64,000 nt of DNA, taken from the NCBI GenBank assembly GCA_051881295.1, contig JBJEPP010000106.1, positions 8,375 through 72,374 of the forward strand, written 5' to 3'. A model generated the notes under the pieces. It saw only the letters and a program-made list of their open reading frames with translations, had not been told where the DNA came from and made no database searches. Shown one piece after another: positions 36,841-47,366 of the stretch (its first letter is position 1; the number at the start of each line of letters is the position of its first letter). The stretch is from Acutalibacteraceae bacterium (GTDB taxonomy: Bacteria; Bacillota; Clostridia; Oscillospirales; Acutalibacteraceae). A program made the translations under genes and the position numbers.

Positions 36841-38991
36841 ATGGATATTTTAAGTATTTTGCAAAATGAATTTGAGGTTTCCCCGCTTCACATCAAAAAC
36901 ATAGTCGAACTCATAGACGAGGGTAATACTATACCCTTTATCGCCCGTTACAGAAAAGAAATGACAGGCTCTTGTGACGACCAGAAGTTAAGAGAAATTA
37001 ACGACAGACTTAACTACCTGAGAAATTTAGAAAAAAGAAAAGAAGAGGTTTTATCTTCTATTGAAGAACAAGGCAAGTTAACCGAAGAAATAACCGAAGC
37101 CATATCAAAGGCTACAACACTTGCTGAGGTTGAGGATATTTACAGACCCTTTAAGCAAAAGAAAAAAACAAGGGCTTCCGTGGCAAAAGAAAAAGGCTTA
37201 GAGCCTCTTGCCGACTTACTTTTTTCATACACTCTTAAAGGTGTTAATTTAGAAGACGCCGCAAAGGATTATATAAATCCGGAAAAAGGCGTTGAAACAA
37301 CAGAAGACGCACTTAAAGGGGCGTCTGACATTATTGCGGAAAAAGTTTCTGACTCACCTGAGGGCAGAAAGGTTTTAAAAGAGCTTATTGAGAATTACGG
37401 TGTAATCGAATCAACTGCAAAAACAGAAGAAGACAGCGTTTATGCTATGTATTACAATTATAAAGAGCCTGTTAAAAGAATTCCGTCACACAGAATTCTT
37501 GCCGTTAACCGCGGTGAAAAAGAGAATATCTTAAAAGTTTCTGTGGGCATAGAGGAAGAAACAGCGCTTTCACTCCTTTTTAAACTATTTGTGAAAGACG
37601 GCAGTTCGTCTACCGATTTTTGCAAAGAAGCTATAAAAGACAGTTATTCACGACTTATATTCCCGTCTCTCGAAAGAGAAATCAGAAACAATTTAACCGA
37701 TAAGGCTAACGAGCAAGCAATAAAAATGTTCGGCTCTAACCTAAAGCCGCTTTTAATGCAGCCGCCCATTAAGGATAAAGTCGTTTTAGCCGTTGACCCT
37801 GCTTACAGAACAGGCTGTAAGCTTGCGGTAGTAGACGGCAACAGCAAGGTTTTATTCACCGGTGTTATTTACCCAACCCCTCCTCAAAACAAAATTGAAG
37901 AAAGCGAAAAAACGGTTTTGAGTCTTATTGAAAAATTCAAAATTGACTGCATCTCTATAGGCAACGGCACAGCAAGTAAAGAAAGTGAGATTTTTGTAGC
38001 TGAAACTATAAAAAAATCCCCTCGCCCCGTAACATATATGGTGGTAAACGAGGCAGGCGCGTCTGTTTACTCGGCTTCTAAATTAGGCGCAGAAGAATTC
38101 CCTGATTTTGATGTTTCTGTTCGCTCGGCGGTATCTATTGCAAGAAGACTTCAGGACCCGCTTTCGGAGCTTGTTAAAATCGACCCTAAAAGCATTGGTG
38201 TAGGTCAGTATCAACACGATGTTCCCCCTGCACGGCTTGAAGAATCTTTAAACGGCGTTGTTGAAGATTGTGTAAACGCTGTAGGTGTAGACCTTAACAC
38301 CGCGTCTGTATCGCTATTAAAATATATTGCAGGTATTACAAATGCCACGGCTAAAAATATAGTAGCTTTTCGTGAAGAAAACGGCGGTTTTAAATCGAGA
38401 TCGGAACTCAAGAAAGTTAAAGGCTTAGGCCCTAAGGCTTATGAGCAATGCGCAGGCTTTCTCAGAATACCAAACGGCAAAACAGCACTCGACAACACAG
38501 GTGTTCACCCTGAAAGCTACAATGCGGCAAAAAGGGTTTTAGAAGCTTTCGGCTACACCTCAAAAGACATAAACTCTACAGGTGCTGTAGGTCTTGGCGA
38601 TAAGGTTAAAGAATACGGCATACAAAAGCTGGCCGAAGAATGTGAAATCGGCATTCCGACACTTACAGATATTATAGGCGAGCTTGAAAAGCCCGGCAGA
38701 GATATCCGTGACGAATTACCGAAGCCCATGCTTCGTTCCGATATTATGAGTATGGAGGATTTAACACCGGGTATGGAGCTTACCGGTACTGTGAGAAATG
38801 TTATAGACTTCGGTGTGTTTGTAGATATAGGAGTACATCAAGACGGACTCGTTCACATCTCTCAAATATGCGACCGTTACATTAAACACCCAAGCGAAGT
38901 TCTTAAAGTAGGTGAAATCGTAAAGGTTAAGGTTTTAGAAATTGATGTTAAAAAGAAAAGAATTTCACTTACAATGAAAGGTGTAGGGTAA
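36841..38991 (+). CDS. tex: Tex-like transcription accessory protein (S1 RNA-binding domain)
   Basis: N-terminal IPFIARYRKE, YqgF/RuvC-like and HhH regions, C-terminal S1 domain (GTVRNVIDFGVFVDIG...GLVHISQ). ATG at 36841 follows AAAGGAAG. Confidence 0.9.
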   Translation: MDILSILQNEFEVSPLHIKNIVELIDEGNTIPFIARYRKEMTGSCDDQKLREINDRLNYLRNLEKRKEEVLSSIEEQGKLTEEITEAISKATTLAEVEDIYRPFKQKKKTRASVAKEKGLEPLADLLFSYTLKGVNLEDAAKDYINPEKGVETTEDALKGASDIIAEKVSDSPEGRKVLKELIENYGVIESTAKTEEDSVYAMYYNYKEPVKRIPSHRILAVNRGEKENILKVSVGIEEETALSLLFKLFVKDGSSSTDFCKEAIKDSYSRLIFPSLEREIRNNLTDKANEQAIKMFGSNLKPLLMQPPIKDKVVLAVDPAYRTGCKLAVVDGNSKVLFTGVIYPTPPQNKIEESEKTVLSLIEKFKIDCISIGNGTASKESEIFVAETIKKSPRPVTYMVVNEAGASVYSASKLGAEEFPDFDVSVRSAVSIARRLQDPLSELVKIDPKSIGVGQYQHDVPPARLEESLNGVVEDCVNAVGVDLNTASVSLLKYIAGITNATAKNIVAFREENGGFKSRSELKKVKGLGPKAYEQCAGFLRIPNGKTALDNTGVHPESYNAAKRVLEAFGYTSKDINSTGAVGLGDKVKEYGIQKLAEECEIGIPTLTDIIGELEKPGRDIRDELPKPMLRSDIMSMEDLTPGMELTGTVRNVIDFGVFVDIGVHQDGLVHISQICDRYIKHPSEVLKVGEIVKVKVLEIDVKKKRISLTMKGVG

Positions 38992-39030
38992 ACAGCCGAC
39001 AGCTGATAGCGGTGAACGGTGAACAAGCTT
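38992..39030 (+). repeat. 7-nt periodic array, solo arm (copy C of the intergenic repeat family)
   Basis: Starts 1 nt after the tex stop: ACAGCCG ACAGCTG ATAGCGG TGAACGG TGAACAA GCTT. AGC/AAC in 7-nt register at 38994, 39001, 39008, 39015, 39022. Shares CAGCCGACAGCT with copies A and B. Confidence 0.65.
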
Positions 39031-39095
39031 CGTACAAGGTCAGAAACGACTGTTATGCGGCAAGTTTTACAACGAAGTATTATTACGGAGTTATT

Positions 39096-40793
39096 ATGAA
39101 TGTTGTTATTTGCAGTATAAATTCTAAATATATACACTCTTCTCTTGCGCCGTGGTGTCTTTACGCAGGAGTGGGTGAGTATTGCAAAAAATCAATAAAT
39201 GTTACCGTAATAGAGGGTACTATTAACGAAGATATTAGGTTTGTTGCAAAAAGAATTACAAAGCTTTCACCTGATGCTATAGGCTTCTGCTGTTATATTT
39301 GGAATATAAATTTTGTATACAGCTTAATAAATTCGGTAAAAAAAGAACTCCCCAACTGTAAAATCATTTTGGGCGGTCCTGAGGTCAGTTATAACTGCGA
39401 AAGCATTTTAACAGAGCGAAAATATATTGATTATATTGTATCGGGCGAGGGCGAAAAATCCTTTCCGCAGCTTTTAAATTGCATTGAAAACGGCATAGAA
39501 CCTGAGAACATTGACGGTGTAAACTATAAATGCAAAAACGGTTTGCACCTTACTCCCCCTGCTATTTTAAAGGATGACCCTATATCACCTTATACAGAGG
39601 AATATTTTAACAACCTGAACGGCAGAATTACCTACATTGAAACAAGCAGAGGTTGTCCGTATTCTTGCGCCTTTTGCCTTTCGGGCAGGTGCGGCAAGGT
39701 TAGATTTTTTGATACTGAAAGAGCTAAGAAAGACATTATCACTCTTGCAAATTCAGGAACTAAAACCGTAAAATTTGTAGACAGGACCTTTAACTCCGAT
39801 AAAGCTCGTGCAAAAGAGCTTTACAGATTTATTATAGATAATTACAACAACGGAAATATCCCGCGGAATGTGTGTTTTCATTTTGAAATCGCAGGCGATA
39901 TTTTAGACCGGGAAACAATACAAATACTCACAACCGCACCAAAAGGCTTATTTCAGCTTGAAATCGGTATGCAAAGCTTTAACGAGAAAACCCTGAGCTG
40001 TATAAACAGAAAAACCGACACCGAAAAACTCAGAGAAAATATTTTAAAGCTTACCGAAAACCATAATATGCACATACATATTGACCTTATTGCCGGTTTG
40101 CCTTTTGAAGACTTTGAAAGCTTCAAAGAGAGCTTTAATATTGGTTTTTCGTTAAATTCAAATATGCTGCAGTTAGGTTTTTTAAAGCTTTTGCACGGCG
40201 CAGATATGCGTGAAAATCAAGAAAAATATGTATGTAAATTCAACAAAGAGCCTCCATACGAAGTTATTTCCACACCGTATTTGAGTGAACAGGAATTAAA
40301 AATTTTGCACGGCGTTGAAGACGCGGTTGACAGAATTTATAACAGCGGAAGATTTAAAAGGACTGTGGATTATGCTGTAAAAACAAGCGGTGTTTCTCCT
40401 TTTGACTTTTTCTTAGGTTTTTCAAAATTCATAGAGAGAGTAAGCACTGAAAAGATTACATTAGATAAATATACGGAGCTTTTATTTAACTATGTTAAGA
40501 CATTAAAAAACATTAAAGCAGACGAACTTCGCGATATTATGGTATGCGACAGGCTCTCTACTAACGCATCGGGCAAAATACCCGAAATTTTAAAGGTTTA
40601 TGATAAAAGGCTGAAAAAATACAAAGCATTTCTGAACAACAGTGAAGAATATAAGCAAAATCAAAAATCAGTCAGGGGTGTTGCTATACTCTATTCACAA
40701 AACAAGCTGGTTTATGTTGATTACTTTAATGATCACGGCGTTGACGGAGAGTACGAGTTGAAGTTTGTAGATATAAATTTGCTTTGCGAATAG
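39096..40793 (+). CDS. B12-binding-domain radical SAM protein (DUF4080-type C-terminus)
   Basis: N-terminal B12-like domain, CPYSCAFC radical SAM cluster motif, long C-terminal extension. ATG at 39096 (MNVVICSINSKYIH) follows ACGGAG. Confidence 0.75.
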   Translation: MNVVICSINSKYIHSSLAPWCLYAGVGEYCKKSINVTVIEGTINEDIRFVAKRITKLSPDAIGFCCYIWNINFVYSLINSVKKELPNCKIILGGPEVSYNCESILTERKYIDYIVSGEGEKSFPQLLNCIENGIEPENIDGVNYKCKNGLHLTPPAILKDDPISPYTEEYFNNLNGRITYIETSRGCPYSCAFCLSGRCGKVRFFDTERAKKDIITLANSGTKTVKFVDRTFNSDKARAKELYRFIIDNYNNGNIPRNVCFHFEIAGDILDRETIQILTTAPKGLFQLEIGMQSFNEKTLSCINRKTDTEKLRENILKLTENHNMHIHIDLIAGLPFEDFESFKESFNIGFSLNSNMLQLGFLKLLHGADMRENQEKYVCKFNKEPPYEVISTPYLSEQELKILHGVEDAVDRIYNSGRFKRTVDYAVKTSGVSPFDFFLGFSKFIERVSTEKITLDKYTELLFNYVKTLKNIKADELRDIMVCDRLSTNASGKIPEILKVYDKRLKKYKAFLNNSEEYKQNQKSVRGVAILYSQNKLVYVDYFNDHGVDGEYELKFVDINLLCE

Positions 40794-41138
40794 TAGCCTT
40801 TGCGAGCCGACAGCATATTCAGCTAACAGCCGACAGCTAACAGCTAATAGCTAATAGCTTGCTGTCGCGTGAGGGTAGATATAAATGCTACGCGTTACAG
40901 TTAATGGCTTGTACTTAAACTTCTTTTCACTAAAATATTAAAGATAAAAATTCAACCGATAGTAACTCTTTTTAGAATTACTATCGGTCTTATCTTTTCT
41001 ACATACTTGAAAAGCCAATCATTTTTTATAATTTTCGATTTTCATACTGCGAAGCATACACATTTTATTTTACGCGAAGCCGCTGTTAGCTGTCGGCTGT
41101 TAGCTGAACACGCTGTGGGCTGTATTTTAATAAAAATA
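40794..41138. repeat. intergenic repeat element, copy B: 39-bp inverted repeats (36/39) flanking a conserved hairpin
   Basis: Left arm 40806-40844 is GCCGACAGCATATTCAGCTAACAGCCGACAGCTAACAGC. The reverse complement of 41082-41120 is GCCCACAGCGTGTTCAGCTAACAGCCGACAGCTAACAGC. The arms are 237 nt apart. AGC is in exact 7-nt register at 40821/28/35/42/49/56. Confidence 0.8.
40954..40995. terminator. bidirectional terminator hairpin (centre of repeat copy B)
   Basis: AACCGATAGTAACTCT-loop-AGAATTACTATCGGT with T-rich flanks on both strands. Roughly 85% identical by eye to the hairpin at 10046-10090, in opposite orientation. Confidence 0.6.
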
Positions 41139-44100
41139 TTATTTAAAATACTTAACCGCATTTCTGAACATACCAATATCGTAATTGCCTTCAACATTTT
41201 TGTAAAGGCCTTCACCGATACGCTCGCTGTGACCCATTTTACCGAATACTCTGCCGTCAGGCGAAGTAATACCCTCTATAGCGTAAGCGGAATCGTTAGG
41301 ATTAAAATGAATATCGCTTGTAGCGTTGCCGTTTAAGTCAACATACTGTGTAGCAATTTGTCCGTTCTCGGCAAGCTTCATAATAAGCTCTTCGCTTGCT
41401 AAAAATCTGCCCTCGCCGTGCGAAATAGGCACATTGTAAACATCGCCTACATTTGTTTCTGCAAGCCACGGAGATTTGTTGGAAGCAATACGGGTTCTTA
41501 CAATTCTTGACTGATGGCGTGCGATAGTGTTGTAAGTAAGTGTCGGGCAAGAATCATCGGTATCTATAATTTTACCGTAAGGCACTAAACCGAGTTTAAT
41601 AAGAGCCTGGAAGCCGTTACAAATACCGCACATTAAGCCGTCTCTGTTATCTAAAAGGTCTGTAACACCCTCTTTAACTGCACTGTTCCTGAAGAACGCG
41701 GTAATGAATTTACCTGAGCCGTCAGGCTCGTCACCTCCGCTGAAGCCGCCCGGAATGAATACCATTTGAGCGTCTTTCAACTGTTTTGCGAAGTATTCAA
41801 CGCTTTCTGTAATTGCAGAAGATGTAAGGTTTTTAACCACTATAATTTCAGGCTCTGCACCTGCGTCACGCATAGCTTTAGCACTGTCAAATTCGCAGTT
41901 TGTACCCGGGAATGCAGGAATAAGCACTTTAGGCTTTGCAACCTTAATCGCAGGGGCTTTACGCTCTGTTGCATTGAATTCAAAGTTTTTAACAGGTGAG
42001 TTGCTGTCTTTAATATTGCAACTGTAAACACTTTCTAACTTATCCTCATAAATACCGAGAATTTCTTTAGCGGAAACGCTTTCACCGTTAAATACAAACT
42101 CTTCTTTAGCAGTTACTGTACCAACGAATGTTGCACCCTCAATTTCTTCACTACATTCAAGCAGGAATGAAGCGTAGTTGTATTTGAAAATATCTTCTAC
42201 AGTAAGTTTACCGTTAAATTCAAAGCCGAAGCCGTTACCGAAAGCCATTTTCATAACTGCTTCGCCGATACCGCCAAGACCCAAAGTGTAAGCGGATACA
42301 GCTTTTTTGCTTCTTAAAAGATTGCAAACAGTATGAAATAATTTAATAAGGCTTTCTGTTTCAGGTAAATTATTCTCATCAAATTTCGGTGAAAGCATAT
42401 AAACCTTGTTCCCTGCATTTTTAAATTCAGGTGAAACAATATTTTCAACCTTATCGGTTGTAACCGCAAACGAAACGAGTGTAGGCGGAACATCTAAATC
42501 CTCAAAAGTACCGCTCATGGAGTCTTTACCGCCGATTGAGCCTATACCTAATTCTTTTTGAGCCTCGAAAGCGCCGAGAAGAGCCGCAAGAGGTTTACCC
42601 CAACGCTTGCCGTCTTTACCGGGCGACTCAAAATACTCTTGGAATGTTAAGTAAACATCTTTAAATTCGGCACCTGATGCAATAAGCTTTGAAACAGATT
42701 CAACAACCGCTAAATATGCGCCGTGATACTGGCTTTTTTCCATAATAAACGGATTATAGCCCCAAGCCATAAGAGAGCAATCGTTAGTATGCTTCTTTTC
42801 AACAGAAATTTTCTGTACCATAGCCTGTATAGGCGTCAACTGATTTTTACCGCCAAAGGGCATAAGAACAGTGCCCGCACCGATAGTTGAGTCAAAACGC
42901 TCCGAAAGTCCGCGCTTTGAGCAAATGTTAAGGTCGTCTGCTGTGGCTTTAAGATTTTCCGTAAATGTACCTGAAATCTCTTTTTCATAAGATTCAGGAG
43001 CTTCGGGAGTAATTGTAATATGTTTATCTGCGCCGTTTGAGTTAAGAAAATCACGGCTGATATCAACAATTTTCTTGCCGTTCCAATTCATTACAAGCCG
43101 CGGACTTTCCGTAACAACCGCAACAGGAACTGCATTTAAGTTTTCACTGCCTGCAAGCTTTAAGAATTTATCTACATCCTCTTTTTCTACAACAACTGCC
43201 ATTCTCTCTTGTGACTCTGAAATAGCAAGCTCTGTACCGTCAAGACCCTCATACTTTTTAGGAACTGCGTTAAGGTCAATTTCAAGACCGTCTGCCAATT
43301 CGCCTATTGCAACAGAAACACCGCCTGCGCCAAAGTCGTTACAGCGTTTAATCATTCTTGTTGCTTCTTTGTTTCTGAACAATCTTTGAAGCTTTCTTTC
43401 TTCGGGAGCGTTACCCTTTTGTACCTCGGCACCGCATGTTTCAAGAGATTCTGCAGTGTGCTTTTTAGATGAGCCTGTAGCACCGCCGCAACCGTCACGG
43501 CCGGTAGAACCGCCCAAAAGAATAACTATATCCCCCGGATCGGGACATTCTCTGCGAACATTCTCCTGCGGAGCGGCGGCAACAACAGCGCCTATCTCCA
43601 TACGCTTTGCGGCATAGCCGGGATGGTAAATTTCGTCAACAATACCTGTTGCAAGACCGATTTGGTTGCCGTAAGAAGAATAGCCTGCAGCGGCGGTTGT
43701 AACAATTTTGCGCTGCGGCAGCTTGCCTTTTATAGTTTCACTGACAGGCTTTAACGGGTCTGCCGCACCTGTAACACGCATAGCGCCGTAAACATAAGCT
43801 CTGCCTGAAAGAGGGTCGCGAATAGCACCGCCGATGCAAGTTGCGGCACCGCCGAACGGCTCGATTTCTGTCGGATGATTGTGTGTTTCGTTTTTGAAAA
43901 GAAGAAGCCAATCTTCTTTTTCACCGTCCACCTCAATTTGCATTTTAACAGTACATGCATTGATTTCTTCGGACTCATCGAGTTTTGGAAGCTTGCCGTT
44001 TACTTTTAAATATTTAACGGCAACGGTAGCCAAATCCATAAGGCAAATCGGCTTTGTTCTGTTTAATTCTTTTCTTACTGAAATATAGTCGTTATACGCT

Positions 44101-44828
44101 TTTTGTAAAAGCTCGTCCTCAAATTTAACATCGTCTATAACAGTTAAGAATGTTGTGTGACGGCAATGGTCAGACCAGTATGTATCTATCATTCTGATTT
44201 CTGTAATAGTTGGGTCGCGGTGCTCGCCTTTAAAATAATCCTGACAAAAAGCAATGTCATCCGCATCCATAGCAAGGCTGTATTCCTTAACGAAGTTTTC
44301 AAGACCCTCTCTGTCCAGGTCGATAAATCCGTTTAAAGTTTTTACCTCGGTAGGAATATCGTATTTCATAGCAAGTGTTTCGGGTTTTTCTAAAACAGCC
44401 TCACGAGCCTCTACAGGGTTGATTACATATTTTTTAATTTCTGCAATATCGTCACTTGTTAAATTGCCGTAAAGGGCATAAACCTTTGCAGATTTAACTG
44501 TAGGGCGGTCCCCTTGTGATATAATTTGAATACACTGCGCCGCAGAATCTGCACGCTGATCAAACTGACCAGGTAAATATTCTACAGCAAATACCGTTGC
44601 ACCGCTAAGCTCTACGCTGTCGCTTGCAATATCGAGCTGTGGCTCCGAGAATACGGTTTTTACGGCATAGTCGAAAAGCTCTTTTGTAATATTTTCTGCA
44701 TCGTATCTGTTTATAACTCGAACATCTGTAAGATTTTTAATGCCTAAAAGATTTCTTGCATCGCTTAAAAGAGACTTAGCTTCATTTGCAAGCTCTTTCT
44801 TTTTTTCAACAAAAATTCTGTATACCAT
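41139..44828 (-). CDS. purL: phosphoribosylformylglycinamidine synthase, single-chain (PurL with fused glutaminase)
   Basis: 1229 aa with FGAM synthase domains. C-terminal type-1 glutaminase retains its Cys (LMCGICNGFQAL). Confidence 0.9.
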   Translation of the reverse strand: MVYRIFVEKKKELANEAKSLLSDARNLLGIKNLTDVRVINRYDAENITKELFDYAVKTVFSEPQLDIASDSVELSGATVFAVEYLPGQFDQRADSAAQCIQIISQGDRPTVKSAKVYALYGNLTSDDIAEIKKYVINPVEAREAVLEKPETLAMKYDIPTEVKTLNGFIDLDREGLENFVKEYSLAMDADDIAFCQDYFKGEHRDPTITEIRMIDTYWSDHCRHTTFLTVIDDVKFEDELLQKAYNDYISVRKELNRTKPICLMDLATVAVKYLKVNGKLPKLDESEEINACTVKMQIEVDGEKEDWLLLFKNETHNHPTEIEPFGGAATCIGGAIRDPLSGRAYVYGAMRVTGAADPLKPVSETIKGKLPQRKIVTTAAAGYSSYGNQIGLATGIVDEIYHPGYAAKRMEIGAVVAAAPQENVRRECPDPGDIVILLGGSTGRDGCGGATGSSKKHTAESLETCGAEVQKGNAPEERKLQRLFRNKEATRMIKRCNDFGAGGVSVAIGELADGLEIDLNAVPKKYEGLDGTELAISESQERMAVVVEKEDVDKFLKLAGSENLNAVPVAVVTESPRLVMNWNGKKIVDISRDFLNSNGADKHITITPEAPESYEKEISGTFTENLKATADDLNICSKRGLSERFDSTIGAGTVLMPFGGKNQLTPIQAMVQKISVEKKHTNDCSLMAWGYNPFIMEKSQYHGAYLAVVESVSKLIASGAEFKDVYLTFQEYFESPGKDGKRWGKPLAALLGAFEAQKELGIGSIGGKDSMSGTFEDLDVPPTLVSFAVTTDKVENIVSPEFKNAGNKVYMLSPKFDENNLPETESLIKLFHTVCNLLRSKKAVSAYTLGLGGIGEAVMKMAFGNGFGFEFNGKLTVEDIFKYNYASFLLECSEEIEGATFVGTVTAKEEFVFNGESVSAKEILGIYEDKLESVYSCNIKDSNSPVKNFEFNATERKAPAIKVAKPKVLIPAFPGTNCEFDSAKAMRDAGAEPEIIVVKNLTSSAITESVEYFAKQLKDAQMVFIPGGFSGGDEPDGSGKFITAFFRNSAVKEGVTDLLDNRDGLMCGICNGFQALIKLGLVPYGKIIDTDDSCPTLTYNTIARHQSRIVRTRIASNKSPWLAETNVGDVYNVPISHGEGRFLASEELIMKLAENGQIATQYVDLNGNATSDIHFNPNDSAYAIEGITSPDGRVFGKMGHSERIGEGLYKNVEGNYDIGMFRNAVKYFK

Positions 44829-46100
44829 TTACTTTACCTCCAATGCTTTAAGAGCTCTTGCGCCTATATCCTTGCGGTAAAACGCATTGTCGAATTTAAC
44901 TTTTTCAACTTTATCATAAGCAGCTGCAACTGCTTCTTTTAAACCGTCACTAACAGCAGTAACGCCTAAGACTCTGCCGCCGTTATTTAAAAGCTTGCCG
45001 TCTTTAAGCTCTGCTCCCGCAATATAAACGCTGTCTGCAACATCATCGGGAATTGTTATTTCGTAACCTTTTTCGTATTTTACAGGATAGCCCTGTGATG
45101 CCATTATAACGCAACAAGCGCTTTTATTTTTGAACTTAACATTTGTTTCACTTAATGTTCCGTTTGTTGTAGCTTTCATAACAGTTAACAGGTCACTTTC
45201 TAAAAGAGGTAAAACAACCTGTGTTTCAGGGTCACCGAAACGGCAGTTATATTCGATTACCTTGGGTCCGTCAGGAGTAATCATTAAGCCGAAATACAAA
45301 CAGCCTTTAAAAGTTCTGCCCTCGCTGTTCATAGCGTTTATCGTAGGAATAAAAATTTTTTCCATACATTCTTTTGCTACTGCTTCGGTATAATACGGAT
45401 TTGGAGCAACAGTGCCCATACCGCCGGTATTAAGTCCTGTATCGTTATCCCCTGCGCGCTTATGATCCATTGAAGAAATCATAGGCACAACCGTTTTGCC
45501 GTCTGTAAATGACAAAACCGATACCTCAGGTCCTGTTAAAAATTCTTCAATAACAATATTATCACCGCTTGAGCCGAAGGCTTTATCCTGCATCATAGAA
45601 ACAACGGCATTCTTTGCTTCTTCGCGAGTATTTGCAATAATAACACCTTTACCGAGAGCCAAGCCGTCCGCTTTAATAACAGTAGGAACAGGTGCTGTGT
45701 CCAAATACTCTAAAGCCTTTTCCATATCGCTGAAAACTTCGTATTGAGCAGTAGGAATATTATATTTTTTCATAAGATTTTTAGAAAAGACCTTGCTGCC
45801 CTCAATAATTGCCGCATCGGCTTTAGGTCCGAAGCAGGGTATACCCTTTTCCTCTAAAGCGTCCACACAGCCCAAAACAAGCGGGTCATCGGGTGCAACT
45901 ACTGCGTAATCGATATTATTTTCTACAGCAAATTCGACTATTTTCTCAATATCCTTTGCGCCGATATTTACACAAGTTGCGTCTTTACTTATACCGCCGT
46001 TACCGGGCAAAGCAAAAATCTCTTCTACTTCTTTGTTTTCTTTAAGTTTTTTTATAATGGCGTGTTCTCTGCCACCGCCACCTACAACCATTATTTTCAT
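44829..46100 (-). CDS. purD: phosphoribosylamine-glycine ligase
   Basis: MKIMVVGGGGREHAI and an ATP-grasp body. Confidence 0.9.
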   Translation of the reverse strand: MKIMVVGGGGREHAIIKKLKENKEVEEIFALPGNGGISKDATCVNIGAKDIEKIVEFAVENNIDYAVVAPDDPLVLGCVDALEEKGIPCFGPKADAAIIEGSKVFSKNLMKKYNIPTAQYEVFSDMEKALEYLDTAPVPTVIKADGLALGKGVIIANTREEAKNAVVSMMQDKAFGSSGDNIVIEEFLTGPEVSVLSFTDGKTVVPMISSMDHKRAGDNDTGLNTGGMGTVAPNPYYTEAVAKECMEKIFIPTINAMNSEGRTFKGCLYFGLMITPDGPKVIEYNCRFGDPETQVVLPLLESDLLTVMKATTNGTLSETNVKFKNKSACCVIMASQGYPVKYEKGYEITIPDDVADSVYIAGAELKDGKLLNNGGRVLGVTAVSDGLKEAVAAAYDKVEKVKFDNAFYRKDIGARALKALEVK

Positions 46101-46109
46101 AATTACCTC

Positions 46110-47354
46110 TTAATAAATAGGGAATTGCTTACAAAGCGATGATACTTCTTCGGAGATTTTATCTTTGCTGTTCTCAAAATCAGAGGCAACAAGATATATC
46201 CACTCTGCTATTTTCAACATTTCGTCTTCTTTAAAGCCGCGGCTTGTAACTGCCGGTGTACCGATTCTTATACCGCTTGTAACAAACGGACTTTCGGTTT
46301 CGTTAGGAATTGTATTTTTATTTGCAGTAATATGAACTTCATCTAAACGAGACTGCATTTCTTTACCGGTTACGCCGAACTTTCTTAAATCTAACAGCAT
46401 TAAGTGCGTATCCGTTCCGCCTGAAACAATTCTGAAGCCTTTTTCTTGCAAAGCCTTTGCCAGAACATCGGCATTTTTTACAACCTGCTTTTGATATTCT
46501 TTAAAATCTTCTGTTAACGCCTCGCCTAAAGCCACGGCTTTAGCGGCAATAATATGCATTAAAGGTCCGCCCTGAATACCGGGGAATATTGCTTTATCTA
46601 TTGCTTTGGCGTATTGCTCTTTGCACAAAATCATACCGCCGCGAGGACCGCGCAGGGTTTTGTGGGTAGTAGTTGTAACAACATCTGCAAAAGGCACCGG
46701 GCTTGGGTGAAGCCCTGCGGCTATAAGTCCTGCAATATGAGCCATATCTACCATTAAATAAGCGCCGACCTTGTCGCATATTTCACGGCAACGCTTGTAG
46801 TCGATAATTCTTGAATATGCGCTTGCGCCCACTACAATAAGCTTCGGTTTACATTCTAACGCAATTTTCTCCATATTATCGTAGTCTATAACCTCTGTAA
46901 CAGGGTCAACACCGTAAGGAACAACATTAAAATAGTTGCCTGAAATATTGGCAGGTGAGCCGTGAGATAAATGACCGCCCTCTGCTAAATTCATACCCAT
47001 TACCGTATCGCCCGGTTGAAGCAAGGCGTAAAACACCGCTAAGTTTGCGTTAGCACCGCTGTGAGGCTGAACATTTGCATGATCTGCACCGAAGAGCTTT
47101 TTAGCGCGCTCACGGGCAATTTCTTCAACCTTATCTACCTCCTCGCAACCGCCGTAATAGCGTTTGCCGGGGTACCCTTCGGCATATTTGTTTGTAAGCA
47201 CGCCGCCTGCCGCCAATAAAACTGCTTTTGAAACAATGTTTTCGGAGGCAATAAGCTCTATATTATGCCTTTGGCGCTCTAATTCTAATTCACATGCAGA
47301 GCCAACCTCTTTGTCATATTTAGAAAGTTCAAGAAAAAAGTTCATTTTATTCAC
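46110..47354 (-). CDS. glyA: serine hydroxymethyltransferase
   Basis: [41 protein letters not shown] (PLP lysine). Confidence 0.92.
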   Translation of the reverse strand: MNKMNFFLELSKYDKEVGSACELELERQRHNIELIASENIVSKAVLLAAGGVLTNKYAEGYPGKRYYGGCEEVDKVEEIARERAKKLFGADHANVQPHSGANANLAVFYALLQPGDTVMGMNLAEGGHLSHGSPANISGNYFNVVPYGVDPVTEVIDYDNMEKIALECKPKLIVVGASAYSRIIDYKRCREICDKVGAYLMVDMAHIAGLIAAGLHPSPVPFADVVTTTTHKTLRGPRGGMILCKEQYAKAIDKAIFPGIQGGPLMHIIAAKAVALGEALTEDFKEYQKQVVKNADVLAKALQEKGFRIVSGGTDTHLMLLDLRKFGVTGKEMQSRLDEVHITANKNTIPNETESPFVTSGIRIGTPAVTSRGFKEDEMLKIAEWIYLVASDFENSKDKISEEVSSLCKQFPIY

Positions 47355-47366
47355 CTTTTTTATTTA

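Noticed and set aside
40804-40868. Possibility that the short tandem repeats are a CRISPR array or a coding heptad
   Set aside because: The unit is only 7 nt with no spacers and no cas genes. The arrays lie outside ORFs, immediately after stop codons.
41007-41336. 109-aa plus-strand ORF
   Set aside because: It starts inside repeat cassette B and runs antisense into the purL 3' end, so it is a by-product of the inverted repeat.
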